Positions 45,165-57,375 are shown, counted from the first letter of the whole stretch. The stretch is DNA of 61,861 nucleotides, filler included, from Globobulimina sp. (GCA_003354225.1; 27 parts of 27 records of this genome joined end to end with filler, not necessarily neighbours in it); one strand, 5' to 3'. The notes: generated by a model from the sequence alone, not told the origin. Numbers and translations: made by a program.

Positions 45165-45304
45165 GTTTGAAATGTATTATATATAATATTAGTGGTAAAC
45201 AAAAAAAGTTGTCTTTTTTGATCGATCCTCTTATTCGTCTTTCAATTTTTGGGTTAAAGTTTTTAAAATCTCAGAGAAAAAACACTTTACTTATTAGTAA
45301 GATC

Positions 45305-45805
45305 ATGAGCAATATTACTCATGTATGGACACAAGCAGTAATATTTATATGTTTAATAACAATGATTGTCATTTTAATCAGTTTGCTTTATAAGTTCAAC
45401 CAAGCAAATTCTGCATCATGTCCCAAAGGATCCACTCAGATAAAATCACATAGGAAGACGCCATCGATATCGCTTACTTCAAAGTCGAGTTCATCAATAT
45501 CTGCAATACCAGCAAAACGAAAACCAATTTTAAAATTTTATCAAATTACCACAATCACATCAATATCGACATTTATAATTTCAGTTGCATTTGATTGTGG
45601 AAATGGTGTTTATTATTTTGAATCAGGAATTGATGTGTTTCATACTGAAGAATATTGGTTGATATTGTTAGCAAATATATTTTTTGTGATTTCCAGTGTT
45701 GCGTTGTATGTATTCATGTTTGGCAGAGTCTATATTATATTCAATAAATCCAATGCCGGCCCTGCAAAATATAAGATGAGGTATGATATTTTTACTTTTT
45801 TGTTA
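45305..45805 (+). CDS. Divergent 7TM receptor-like protein, N-terminal part (3'-partial)
   Basis: Three TM helices, a long basic first loop and LYVFMFGRVYIIFNKS after the third helix; same pattern as 49778-50393. Confidence 0.6.
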
Positions 45806-45929
45806 NNNNNNNNNNNNNNNNNNNNNNNNNNNNNNNNNNNNNNNNNNNNTTAATTAATTAANNNNNNNNNNNNNNNNNNNNNNNNNNNNNNNNNNNNNNN
45901 NNNNNCCATATAAATTTCTTAAATTACAG

Positions 45930-47906
45930 AGTATTCGAACAGTGGTTTTACTGTTTATGACATTTGTGTTTGAGATATTTTATTATTGGATATTTTGCTT
46001 TGTATTATGGGTGAATGCAATCGCATATTCGATAGAATCGTCGATTCATTTTTATGTTTGGAGCTGTTACTTACCGATAATGTTTCACATATCGTTATTA
46101 TTCTCACTCTGCGCATATTATAATAAGCATTTCCATCGAGATAGTTTTTTAAAACTTTTTGTGTGTTATGGCGAAAAGAAAAGAAAGATTCCGAAAATAT
46201 TAAAACAATTTAATTTTGGATTATTGTTATTTTTTTTGATCACAATGGTTTGTGTTATTGCAGCGCATTCAAATGGATCATTGGCGGCAAGTATTGTTTT
46301 TATTGCAATGTTTGGCTTATTTGGGTTATTAATGGGCGTGGCACAGTTTATTGTATGTTTGATGGATTTGAAAAATATGCATATTTATCAACAGATGGAA
46401 GAGAGAGTATTGATTATATTTGTATCGATATCAGCCATGTTGTTTATTATCATATTTGCAGTCAATGTATGTCCATAATTTATATATATATATATCCTCG
46501 CAAACTAATTAAATATACGTAACATATGTCAGTTAACAATAGCTTTTGAATGGAATGCGGCAGAAAGCACACAAAATATTGAAGGTATCCGAATCACGCA
46601 ATTAGTGTTTGAGTTATTAATGTTAATGGCAATGCTGTGTATGATATTTTATATTTATTACGATTATATCATGGGAAACGAGTATGAGGATGAAGAGAGT
46701 CAGCAAAGTCAACAAAGCGTTGAGCGGACAAATACATTGACTGACGAACAGAAACACGATTTACATGACTTACCTCCGCCATATCCATATATGCAACATG
46801 TACAGATTGGGAATGATTCCATGGAACATAATCAAATACAACAAATACAACAAAGACAGAGAAGCGCCTCCACTGTGTTTAATGATCCAAGTGATGATGA
46901 AATGGAACAAGCGGCGGTCCGCATAACTCACAGATCGGTAGCCAGCAAATCCAAAACCACAGAAATGGCATCGTTTACAGACAAACTAATGGGAGATAAA
47001 AATTACAAATATAAGCCAGGCGATGCAGTGGATGTAGCTCCGATGCATACAAATGAATGGATGGGTGGCATTGTATTGGATGTTATGCAAAATAATGAGA
47101 TAAAAATACGTATTTTAGATGGACCCTCCATACAAAAGGAAATATTTCTTAATTTAGCAACCGATGCGGATAAAATTAGACTGACTATGGCAAGAAAGCC
47201 AGCTCGGCCATCCATTGAAGTGGCATTAGCAAAACAGGGGAAATTAAGAAAAGCAAAAGGCAGAAAGTTGCCAGAATTACCATTGTTTGGTGCACCGTTA
47301 TTTCAGCAGAAGTTAGTGAACGAGGTACCATTTGCTTTGGTATTGTTGAAAGAATATTTATTTAAATTTAATGGAGATAGACATTTGGGAATATTTGTGA
47401 ATGGGGACATAAATAATATTAATAAAGCACCACAGTTTATGGATGGCATTGTATCGAAAGTGGATGTCAACGGCGTGAAGAAATTAATTGAAAATAATAA
47501 AATATCGCAGCATGAATTTAAAATCGATAAACGTGGTGACGGCGATGAGAGGCATTATGCGATGATATTTAGTGAGTTGATTAAGTTATGGATGAGTTCA
47601 TTGCCACGGCCCTTATTACAAAATATGACAGGTACTTTTTTTGCTCATATCAGCAATATGCGATTGTTGCAGATTGAATGTGAAAAAATCGATGAGCCAA
47701 ATTGGTCGACGTTGGTGTTTATTTGGGACATTTGTGGTGAAATTGCGTTACATTCGCAAATCAATAAAATGACAGTCAAAAGATTGTCTCAAGTGTTTGC
47801 GCCATATCTATTTACAGATAACAATAAAGACAGAGATGCGCAATTAAGACCATATGTCGTTAATTTTTGTCAAATTGGAATAAATTGGAGGATGCAAGCA
47901 TCTTAA
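45930..47906 (+). CDS. Multi-pass (at least 6 TM, GPR137/TOM1-like) membrane protein fused to a Tudor-like barrel and a RhoGAP-like domain (5'-partial); intron 46467-46532
   Basis: A 66-bp phase-0 GTATGT...GTCAG intron joins ORF 45942-46478 to 46605-47906. RhoGAP-like: LFGAPL...VPFAL...GIF, LIKLWMSSLPRPLL, NKMTVKRLSQVFAPYL. Confidence 0.8.
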
Positions 47907-48199
47907 TTCAGGATGAAATGAATGCAATGTGTTTTTTTTTACTTTCGTGTGATATTTTTTGATTTTTAGATTGTAATTCTGTGAACGTGTGTTTCTAAAA
48001 CGAACGTCGAACGCATCATCTTTTATTTCAGAGTCGAAAAGGTTTAGCATCAATGTTTTTCACAGTGGATGCAACCGACCCCCCAACACTACGAAGTTAN
48101 NNNNNNNNNNNNNNNNNNNNNNNNNNNNNNNNNNNNNNNNNNNTTAATTAATTAANNNNNNNNNNNNNNNNNNNNNNNNNNNNNNNNNNNNNNNNNNNN

Positions 48200-49503
48200 C
48201 ATTTCTCGACAACATTCATCAATATGGAGTCCGTATCTTCGGTCCGTTCTAATAAAAACAATATTAATGACATTGCATTTTCATCATTGATATCAAATTT
48301 AATGGTGATATTTGAAGCAATGTTAATAATATCAAATATTTTGATAATGCAATTATTTGACAGCCATTCAGTGTCTTCATAAAAATCAACAATATTTTCT
48401 CGTATACTCTCAGCACATTGCAATAGCGAATAATTTACCAAAGTTTGTAATATAATGTTATTATCAACATCTTCCCAATCAAAATTTATGGCTGATATCA
48501 GATGATATAAAATATCCAAAATGTCGGTGTCTTCGGAAGTATCGCAAATCATTGATGTTAAATTACTCACTAACAGTGGCAAAAAATTCATTTCATTCAG
48601 TAACATTACACGACGCTTATCGCCAATAACAAAATCATGCAAAATACCCAGGCATAATGTAACAAAATCTGTATCTTTAATACTAGTATTTGCAATAAAA
48701 CGTTTAATTATTTCAAACATACCATGTTCAATAAATGCTTGTTCGCTGCGTTGGGAATATGTATGGATATGAATGTAACTCATAACATATACAGCAATAG
48801 AAATAGGATTAGGATCATGTTCATCAATCTCAATGTTATTATTCATACATAACGCCAATAGTTTTTGTATAATGCCAGAATTAATCATTTTATTATCATT
48901 TTCTTTATTCCATGGTAATGTTTCTAATGCATTCAATGCTTTATGGCAATCAGAGGCAACGTCGGAATCAATATGGTTTATAATGTATGGTAACTTATGT
49001 TCAATTTGTAAATAAGAACCAAAATCAATGTATGAATGATCAGTTGGATTTATGCGAAAACTTTCTTTTTTTCTGCCAATTATTGTCAATGATTTGCATG
49101 ATTTTTGGGAGGAAATATGATCCGTTTTATTTAAAAAGGTAAATATGTTTGAAACACAAATGTCATACAAATCTAATAATGATAACGGTGTTTGTGTCGG
49201 TTTTAATTCTGATTCGATTTCTGTTTGTTGTTGATTATTATTTTTATTTTTATTGGCTTGAATGTGTTCGGATATCGATAATTTTTTATTTTGTTCGGTC
49301 TTAAATGATATCAGTAATTTAAATAATTGCTGTTGTTGAGGTAGATGGAGATTAAATTGTTGTTTCAGACATAAATTAATTACTTCTCTAAATCCACCAA
49401 AGAATGAGATTATTTCAGACTGTTTCAATTTTAATGTGTCTTCTCCCAATTCATTGAACAATTTTCTATTATGCAACCATAAACTGAACTGATCAGCTGA
49501 CAT
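48200..49503 (-). CDS. F-box-like plus armadillo-repeat protein (3'-partial)
   Basis: LSLLDLYDICVSNIFTFLNKTDHISSQKSCKSL (F-box-like); MINSGIIQKL, FIEHGMFEII, LNEMNFLPLL (ARM-like). Confidence 0.6.
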
Positions 49504-49580
49504 GATTTGAAAAGCTGTTTTCAAGAAAAGTGAATATTTGAGCTCAGTTAATTGAAAAAGTAAAATCATAATAAATGAAT

Positions 49581-49710
49581 AAGAGCATCCTGTTTTCAAC
49601 GTCAGATTTTTATTGTTTCTGAGAAACGAAGGCAAACCTATCAGTCACCAGAAAAGTTTTGCTTATACCTTACCCCAATAAAAATCTGACGCTGAAGACG
49701 GGATGCTCTT
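49581..49710. repeat. 130-bp element with 35-bp terminal inverted repeats (MITE-like or hairpin)
   Basis: 49581-49615 versus the reverse complement of 49676-49710: 32/35 match, 60-bp spacer. Confidence 0.85.
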
Positions 49711-49777
49711 TCACGAACAGACATGTTAGTTGGAAAAGTTTAAAGTTAAATCCCACATTCGATATATATTCCAAACA

Positions 49778-50393
49778 ATGTCTCTTCCTCGAGATCATAT
49801 CATTACGAGCTACTTAGTACTTCCAGCAGCCATCATTTCATCAATCATTGCAGTATTAACCATAGCAATTTCTGGATATGTCATGTATCAATTAAACCGT
49901 TTTCATAAACAGAAACGAACTACGGATGCCAAAGAATTGAATGTGAATACTTCTGCCAATAAACGCAATTCCAAAACAAAATCTAGTTTTAAACCGCAGC
50001 AAAAAGTGAAAGACGACAAAGCCAAATCATATGTTAAACGAACCGCAACTGTTTTACTTTTAGGCAATTCCGGCTGCGCCTTCTTTAATGCCGTATATTG
50101 TATATATTTGATATTTGATCCATATCAGGACGATGCTGTATTTTACAAATATCACAACTCTCATTTCTTACGTATTATATCCACCGTGTCGTGGTACATT
50201 GGCGCAGTTGCAATAATATGGTTTTTTAATGGCCGCTTATATTTTATCTTCAAAGGCTCATTATACAGATATCCAAGAAACGCGTTTCTAACAACCAATA
50301 TTGCCGTTACTTTGATGTGCATCGTTTCTGTTTTCATAGCATATTATGGAGTGTATACTGGCAATTTAATTGTTGCTGAGATCGCTTTTAATT
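49778..50393 (+). CDS. Divergent 7TM receptor-like protein, N-terminal part (3'-partial)
   Basis: Four TM helices, a long basic first loop and IIWFFNGRLYFIFKGSLYRYP after the third helix. Confidence 0.62.
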
Positions 50394-50493
50394 NNNNNNN
50401 NNNNNNNNNNNNNNNNNNNNNNNNNNNNNNNNNNNNNTTAATTAATTAANNNNNNNNNNNNNNNNNNNNNNNNNNNNNNNNNNNNNNNNNNNN

Positions 50494-52686
50494 GTGGATG
50501 AGGCCGATGAGGTAAAGCTTCAATTTAAATTAAGTGATGATTACAAATCTGCTATTTCCATTTCAAAGGTATTTACCATTGCAATGTTATACGATAGAAT
50601 CCACGAAAAAGTCAGGAATGAAATATTGGATATAACAGATTTGAACACTGTGGATCATGTTACTTTTATTAAATTCGTGGATGATATGTTTTATTGTGGC
50701 GATTGTAACAACCCAGCAACTTTTAGATGGACTGTAAAAAGCAGGGCAGCGTCAGATTTGTTTCACGCCGTACTCTGTACACAAAAAGATGTCGTTTCGC
50801 TGGGACAAGTTCGAAAAACGGTTGATTCTCTGATCAGTGATGTGAATAATATGGATTGTGGCGGCATAATCCGTGTCATGAATCATTTAAAAACACTGAT
50901 AACCAGAGATAAGAAAAAGTTGCAGGAAGCAATGCTGTCAAATAATAGTACTAAACGACCAAAAACAAAACATCCACGATTGAATTTAAAGCATTATGAT
51001 GAGCATAAATTTGGCGAATTTATACAAGAAATTAAAGCTCCACTTCATGAATGTGGCTATTTGTGTGAGTGTCGAGTTTGTTGTAATAAAACCATACGGC
51101 GAATAAATTTGGATCATGACGAGATAGAAAAGAAAGGATCATTTATATTGGAGAAAGAAGCTGAAATTGTTAGTATCATAAATATGCAAAGTTGTGCGGA
51201 TTGCAATTGGATGTTTGATAAAGTGGTGTTTGATAAAGTTTTGTCATTCAGTCGGGATTCTATATCCATTCAGCAATTGTATAAATATTCTGTGCGGTTT
51301 GCTCGATTCTTGCGGGAAAATGTGAGGATCAATGAGATAATGAATAAGTATCATAAATATATGCGAATAAAAGAGAGGCACAATCATTATAGGAATGGAG
51401 ATATCATTCAAAAGAACGGCAAAACAGATTTGGTGGCAATGAGTCATAAATTGCGGCAAAAAGAATTATTGAGAAAGAAATTAGAAAATGGCAAAGCATA
51501 CCGATGGATTCATGAGCGGCTATTTGGTAAACAGACAGATGATAAAGTTAAGCCAGAAGGTGTTGAGAGTGTCGGTTTGACAGAATTTAAAAAGCATTAT
51601 TTTAGTGATACGCAGTATAGATCTGAGGAGAAGGCGAAACAATTTAAATTGGCAATAAATTGGTTATATGAATATTCGTCGAGCAATGGTGAGATGTGCA
51701 AAAATATAAATTTATTCTGGTCCTTCAAAGCAAAAACAAACGAAAGTCGCTACAGCAAACCGCACGGAACTATGATCTTAAAAATCTATGATTTTATGCA
51801 AAATGCGCAACATTTGGATGGTTCGTATTGTATAAGTCCGCAAGAGTTTGCTTTATGGAAACGGGATTTAGAAACAACGGAGGAATCCACAAAAAGATTG
51901 TTTTATATAATTCGGGGTGAAATGCGCTCGTTGTCATTGAAGCAATTTTATCATTATTTTACATTCTTATTACGAATGAAGTACCACGTTCAAGATGTCA
52001 TTTTGCGTTCCAATCAAAGAGAAGATACTACGGTTTCGCAGAATGGCCTCAAAATTGAACTAAATATACCTTCTGATGCTGAGGCGGAATGGTTATTCCT
52101 TGCCGTCGACCAGCAACACGAAGGCAAGCTGACATGGAAGCAAATCACGCAATATTTAGAAAAAACTTTGTCTTTAAGGAAAAACATGAAAGATTTCTTC
52201 CATGAAAAAGAAAAAGAATATAAGTACGAGATGAAACAGGCTGAGATGATCACAAAAATGACTGAGGAACAATCGCATATTTTAAAGAAATTGGAAAAGA
52301 TTGAGATGGATAAATTGAATAATAATGCTTCATTACAAAAAGTGAGGGATATCTTGATTGGGTTTGGAAGGAGTAACAATTTGAAATATTTGGATTTTGT
52401 GGCTGCGATGGAAAATGTCGGAGTTAAATTGAAGCATAATTTGGGGAAACAGATATTTGATGATTTAGTATCGAAGCAAGAAGATGCTCAAAATATAAAT
52501 AATGAGGTATTGGGTGTTGATGCTTTGATGCGTAGAATGGAAATAATTGTACCGAATCATTACCAGTTAACAGCAAAACAAATTTGTCAAATTGCAATGA
52601 GTCAACTTATATTGAATGAGCAATCACGAGGCTTAGTAATAAGTCAATATGACACAACAGAGAGGAGTTTGGATCTTTCGGTTTGA
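50494..52686 (+). CDS. Large protein with EF-hand-like motifs and a Cys cluster (5'-partial)
   Basis: 730-codon open frame; EAEWLFLAVDQQHEGKLTWKQI EF-like; HECGYLCECRVCC. Confidence 0.65.
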   Translation: MDEADEVKLQFKLSDDYKSAISISKVFTIAMLYDRIHEKVRNEILDITDLNTVDHVTFIKFVDDMFYCGDCNNPATFRWTVKSRAASDLFHAVLCTQKDVVSLGQVRKTVDSLISDVNNMDCGGIIRVMNHLKTLITRDKKKLQEAMLSNNSTKRPKTKHPRLNLKHYDEHKFGEFIQEIKAPLHECGYLCECRVCCNKTIRRINLDHDEIEKKGSFILEKEAEIVSIINMQSCADCNWMFDKVVFDKVLSFSRDSISIQQLYKYSVRFARFLRENVRINEIMNKYHKYMRIKERHNHYRNGDIIQKNGKTDLVAMSHKLRQKELLRKKLENGKAYRWIHERLFGKQTDDKVKPEGVESVGLTEFKKHYFSDTQYRSEEKAKQFKLAINWLYEYSSSNGEMCKNINLFWSFKAKTNESRYSKPHGTMILKIYDFMQNAQHLDGSYCISPQEFALWKRDLETTEESTKRLFYIIRGEMRSLSLKQFYHYFTFLLRMKYHVQDVILRSNQREDTTVSQNGLKIELNIPSDAEAEWLFLAVDQQHEGKLTWKQITQYLEKTLSLRKNMKDFFHEKEKEYKYEMKQAEMITKMTEEQSHILKKLEKIEMDKLNNNASLQKVRDILIGFGRSNNLKYLDFVAAMENVGVKLKHNLGKQIFDDLVSKQEDAQNINNEVLGVDALMRRMEIIVPNHYQLTAKQICQIAMSQLILNEQSRGLVISQYDTTERSLDLSV

Positions 52687-52787
52687 TNNNNNNNNNNNNN
52701 NNNNNNNNNNNNNNNNNNNNNNNNNNNNNNNTTAATTAATTAANNNNNNNNNNNNNNNNNNNNNNNNNNNNNNNNNNNNNNNNNNNN

Positions 52788-53589
52788 TTTTCAGGTCGCC
52801 ACGCGTGAATTTGTTCGATTTGGGCCGTCCGGGATCCAGTACACTGCGGGCAAAGGATAGGACAGTTGGCGTCTCGTCGTTTAGCCGATGGATGGTGTCA
52901 ATATATACAAAGTCCCTGGCCTCGACAAAGGGCGCCGGAGATCTGTATTCTTCGAATTCAATCTTGCAAGTCGTCTCAATGACTTCTAAGGGACCACAGT
53001 CTTTCATTTGGCCGTCGCCCGCCAATAAACGTACGCGTTTGTCGCGGATGGCGTGGATTAGGATATTCTGTGGATAGTCGAGTACTTTCTCGCCGCGGTA
53101 CAGTGATAAGGCGGAAGAGTGGATGTCCTTTTTGTACTTTTTAACGCCTTTCTTCTCGCCTTGATAGATCCAGCCGTCCCGTTCGGTGCCGTTCATGGCT
53201 TCCACGAATAATTTGTACGCTGAGGAGACTATGGGATAATAACGGTTTTGTGGTGGGAATAGAGTGGATTCTGGCCGTTGGTGTTGCTGTTGTTGGGCTT
53301 GTGCGGTGTAGGATTGTTTTAATTGTTTGATGATTTCATTGAAGTTTGGTTTGCATGGCGCAGACCATTGAGACCGTTGTTGCGTGATATTGATTTTAAG
53401 GAAGTTGAATAAACCGGCAAATATTAGTGTTAAAAAGGATGAACATGCTGCTATCAATATTATTTCAAATGATGATAAGGAGATGTTGGTGGATGATGCA
53501 TATGATAGAGAGTCACAGGTTGTGGTGTTGTCTAATGTGGTACACGAGAGGTTGGAGAATGTTGAATTTGTCAGAGAAAACGTTGACAT
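52788..53589 (-). CDS. START (lipid-binding) domain protein with an N-terminal TM helix (3'-partial)
   Basis: GWIYQGEKKGVKKY, YRGE, PAPFVEARDFVY, SFARSV...P....FTRG. Confidence 0.85.
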
Positions 53590-53784
53590 GTTTTAATTAA
53601 TTTGATGCTTTGACTTAGTAGAAAAATGTAGTAAAAAAAGAAAATAATCGATTCGACGACAAAATGTATGTAACAGATAATTATAATTAGAAATTTAGAA
53701 TAATACGAATACAAAGTAATACAAAAAAAAATAATTTACAAAGTAATTGTTTAATTTTTTTAAACTCTTTTTATTTTTTATGAA

Positions 53785-54265
53785 TTAATTATTTGTTTCT
53801 CGTGATATTTCCAAAAGACATAATCCTCCGCCATGTCCAACCTTCATTTTATTATTGTTTTTCATGACAGCAATATAACATCCATTGTGTTCCGCCGATT
53901 CCAATTTAACAGATCCTTTATGCCGATCGCCGTGAACTTTAAACACAGTCCATTTGCCCCCAGCTCCTCCAACATCGATCTCTTTATTTGCTTTAATTCG
54001 TAAATATTTGCCTGTTTTCTTGGATTTAAAACGACATTTATTACCACCATTTTGTGGGTCTGCTTCCCATTGAGCTAAATATAGAAAATATAGAAAGTGT
54101 CAAAGTTATATATAGTGCGATTTTGCGCATACCAAATCCTCCTTTTCCACCCTGATGATCTACTTCACCCAAATCACCAGGTTTAACACGAATATGTTGA
54201 CCATTCACATGCTTTATCACCACAGTATTTGTCTGCTTGAACATATATGGTTTATTAAATGGCAT
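53785..54265 (-). CDS. Small beta-trefoil (fascin/hisactophilin-like) protein, 140 aa; intron 54075-54132
   Basis: The spliced product has three repeats: GQHIRV...VDHQGGKGGFAQW, GKYLRI...IDVGGAGGKWTVF, GCYIAV...VGHGGGLCLL; complete ATG-TAA. Confidence 0.75.
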
Positions 54266-55081
54266 TGTTGCTAACGAGAGGATTTAGATGGTTAGGTCAA
54301 AGGAGGTTGAAAAAAGTTTTTTGTAGATAACATCTGGAATATGTTTAAAACAAAATTATCCGAGCCGGATGTAGTGCATATTATGGTGGATAACATACAT
54401 ACAAGGCACACACAGCAAAGTACGAGGTACGCACTTATGTTAGGTATTGGAATCCATTTTTTGTACAGCATTGCGGTTGAATGTAAATTACAAACATTGT
54501 TCGCGTTATTTGAAACCATAAAATAATTATTGTTAAACATATGACAAAACAAAAGCAATTATAAATAATAATTCAAAACCTACAGTTAAATCCAAACAAT
54601 ACAAAACAAATACAAAACCAAAATGGAATCAATTTGCCACTAAAACAACCAAAAAAATTACAAAATGGTAAACTTATCCATATTCCACTATGTACATAAT
54701 CATTATATCATTTCCCAACTTTATATCTTTTTGACTCTGTAAATTTAAACATACAAACAAATAACACTCCAAAAACAAACAAAAAAAAAGCAACTTAACT
54801 ATTTTTCCTATCACCACCCCCCTCATGATGGAAAGCATTATGATTATCACTCGTATAAATACTGCTCGTTTTCCTCACCGCCTCCGCAACCTTCACCGGG
54901 TTCTTCTTAGGCGGCTTCCGCTTAAAATCGCCCATCGGCATCGTCCGTCTCCGCGGCGGCAACTCCGGCGGCTTGACAAACNNNNNNNNNNNNNNNNNNN
55001 NNNNNNNNNNNNNNNNNNNNNNNNNTTAATTAATTAANNNNNNNNNNNNNNNNNNNNNNNNNNNNNNNNNNNNNNNNNNNN

Positions 55082-57275
55082 CCTCTGTTTGGCCTCATAT
55101 TCCTCCGTATAATCTTTGACCGAATAATGTGAGGGTCCTTTCTCATAATCAACAAATCCCACCACATCATCTTCAATCAAATACGTATTAAACGGCGCCA
55201 AATTGTTGCTGCACAAAGACACTTTATCTCGAAACACAAACTTATTCCATCCCTCATAAATAATCATGGCCGACAACGACTGGAATTTCTCTATTTTGGC
55301 ATTAAACCAACGATGAGTTGAAACATCATACGATTGGATGGCCAACGCATCAAATTCTGGGTTGTATACATTGTCTGGATCTTGTGGCGAATAATTATTT
55401 TTGGTTAAAAACGAGTGCGTACTTTCAAACGGATCGAATAAAGGCAGGCCCAAATCTGGCAATATTTCATCATATTTAATAGCACCGCGTGAATGTGCAC
55501 AATAATCTGAATATTCCCTCCTCCGATAAACACAGCCAACGTCTTCCCACTGCTCCGTCTTTGCTCTCGCTTTCATAAAATCCATAGCTCGCTTAAGTTT
55601 CTCTTTGTATATAAACTCTGTAATTCCTTTTCTGTTCACTGCAAACTGAATAATTTCTGCCTCACCAAAGCCATCAATGCGAAGTCTCCGCCGTTTGTTT
55701 AAGTATTTATTCATTAATTCTTCATCCATATCCATTTGCTGTATTGGAAGTATCTGACTATGCTTCGCATGAAATGGTAATATCTCTGATATATTCAAAT
55801 GATATCCCCGCTGAAACAGAACAGTGCAAACCAATGCATCTGGCACAGCCATCGCCGCATATTGCTGAATTGCGACATGTTTCTGTGGTTGCAATGCATT
55901 TCCATTCTCATCCAACTCCTCCTCACAATCAACAGCAATGTCATAATTATATTGCTTCTATCCTCATCTGTGGCCAGCCATTCTTCCAAAATGTAATCTG
56001 TTGGAATATGCTTGGGATGCAATGGTTTAATTTCATAAAAATATTCTTTAATCCATGGCCTTTTCGGCTGAGGGGACCATTTATGAAATTTGACAGTTTC
56101 GCCACAATACATTGCATTTTCATATTTCAAATTCAATCTGGTTTTGGCACAAACATACTGCGACATTTCCCACATTCTCACTCTTTTCTTATATTCTTCA
56201 AAATCTTCACTCAATCCACAGATTGGCCTCTCACTTTCCACGGATTTGTTATGTGGCTGATACCACAGCAAACTGCCTGGGAAATGTTTGCTAATTATTT
56301 TATTTTTCTTCCTTCCGCGTCGACAATCCTCTTGAAAGAATTTGAATATATTTGTGGCATTTGCATTGGCGGCGAGATTTGCATTTCGTTTCTTAAAATC
56401 CTCGAATAACTCTGCTATAATTGGTAATGCTTTGCGTTGCTGAAAGGATGCATAGATTGATTGCAATTCATTCACCAAACCATCCAAATTCACGCTGTAC
56501 GGACTCAATATCCATTCCTCCCAAGCTACACTCTGAAAAGTTAATATTTGCGGCACTGTAATATAATAAATGGAGTCATCCGCTTTGATATCTTCATCCA
56601 AATTAAAATGTTGCTCGCCAATTCCATCCGTATTCAACAAACTAAACGGCAAAACCAATGGTTTTAAATTTTCATCATTATTATCTTCAATCTCCAACAC
56701 ATCCAAATCAATGATATATTTTTGAGCCGCGGGTCGCCATTCGTGAGCTTTGCCATTCCATCCATACTCATTCTGCGTAATCTTGAAATATCGCGACCTA
56801 TAAATGCCATGTTCTCGCATCATATCATAATGATATTTGGCGTCTTTATCCCATAAATAAAAGTCTCTCTTTGTTCGCTGCCTCCATTGCTCATCCTGCT
56901 GAATATTAACATCATCATCAAACTTAAAACAGGCATTCAAATCCTTGACCCATTTGCTTCCATCAACATTATATTCACTTTGATTGGAAACAATTAGTTT
57001 ATATCGAATATTTGCCGCCTTATCATCTATATCCAACTGCAATTTGTCCAGCAATCTGTTCACTTCTTGTTGTAGCTCACTCGCATTCTTTGGATATGCT
57101 CGCAATGCTATTTTTTTATCATTCACATCCCACCGAAATCCGACATATTTTATAATCATAATATCTGCAAATATCACTTTCTTGGATGTACTGACACTAA
57201 TTTCCGATGATGTGGAGAAAGAGTGGCCAATTTCATCAAATCTCGCAATGATAAGTATGCGATGATTAATCGTTC
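55082..57275 (-). CDS. Large protein with Tudor/MBT-like barrel(s); partial at both ends; one frameshift near 55955
   Basis: ORFs 55795-57177 and 55034-55915 overlap in different frames; YDVSTHRWFNAKI...IIYEGWNK...NNLAPFNTY. Confidence 0.6.
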
Positions 57276-57375
57276 NNNNNNNNNNNNNNNNNNNNNNNNN
57301 NNNNNNNNNNNNNNNNNNNTTAATTAATTAANNNNNNNNNNNNNNNNNNNNNNNNNNNNNNNNNNNNNNNNNNNN

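Noticed and set aside
45305-47906. Joining the 7TM N-terminus (45305-45805) to the TM-RhoGAP gene across the spacer
   Set aside because: They are separate contigs, the combined helix count exceeds seven, and the TM motifs are of different types.
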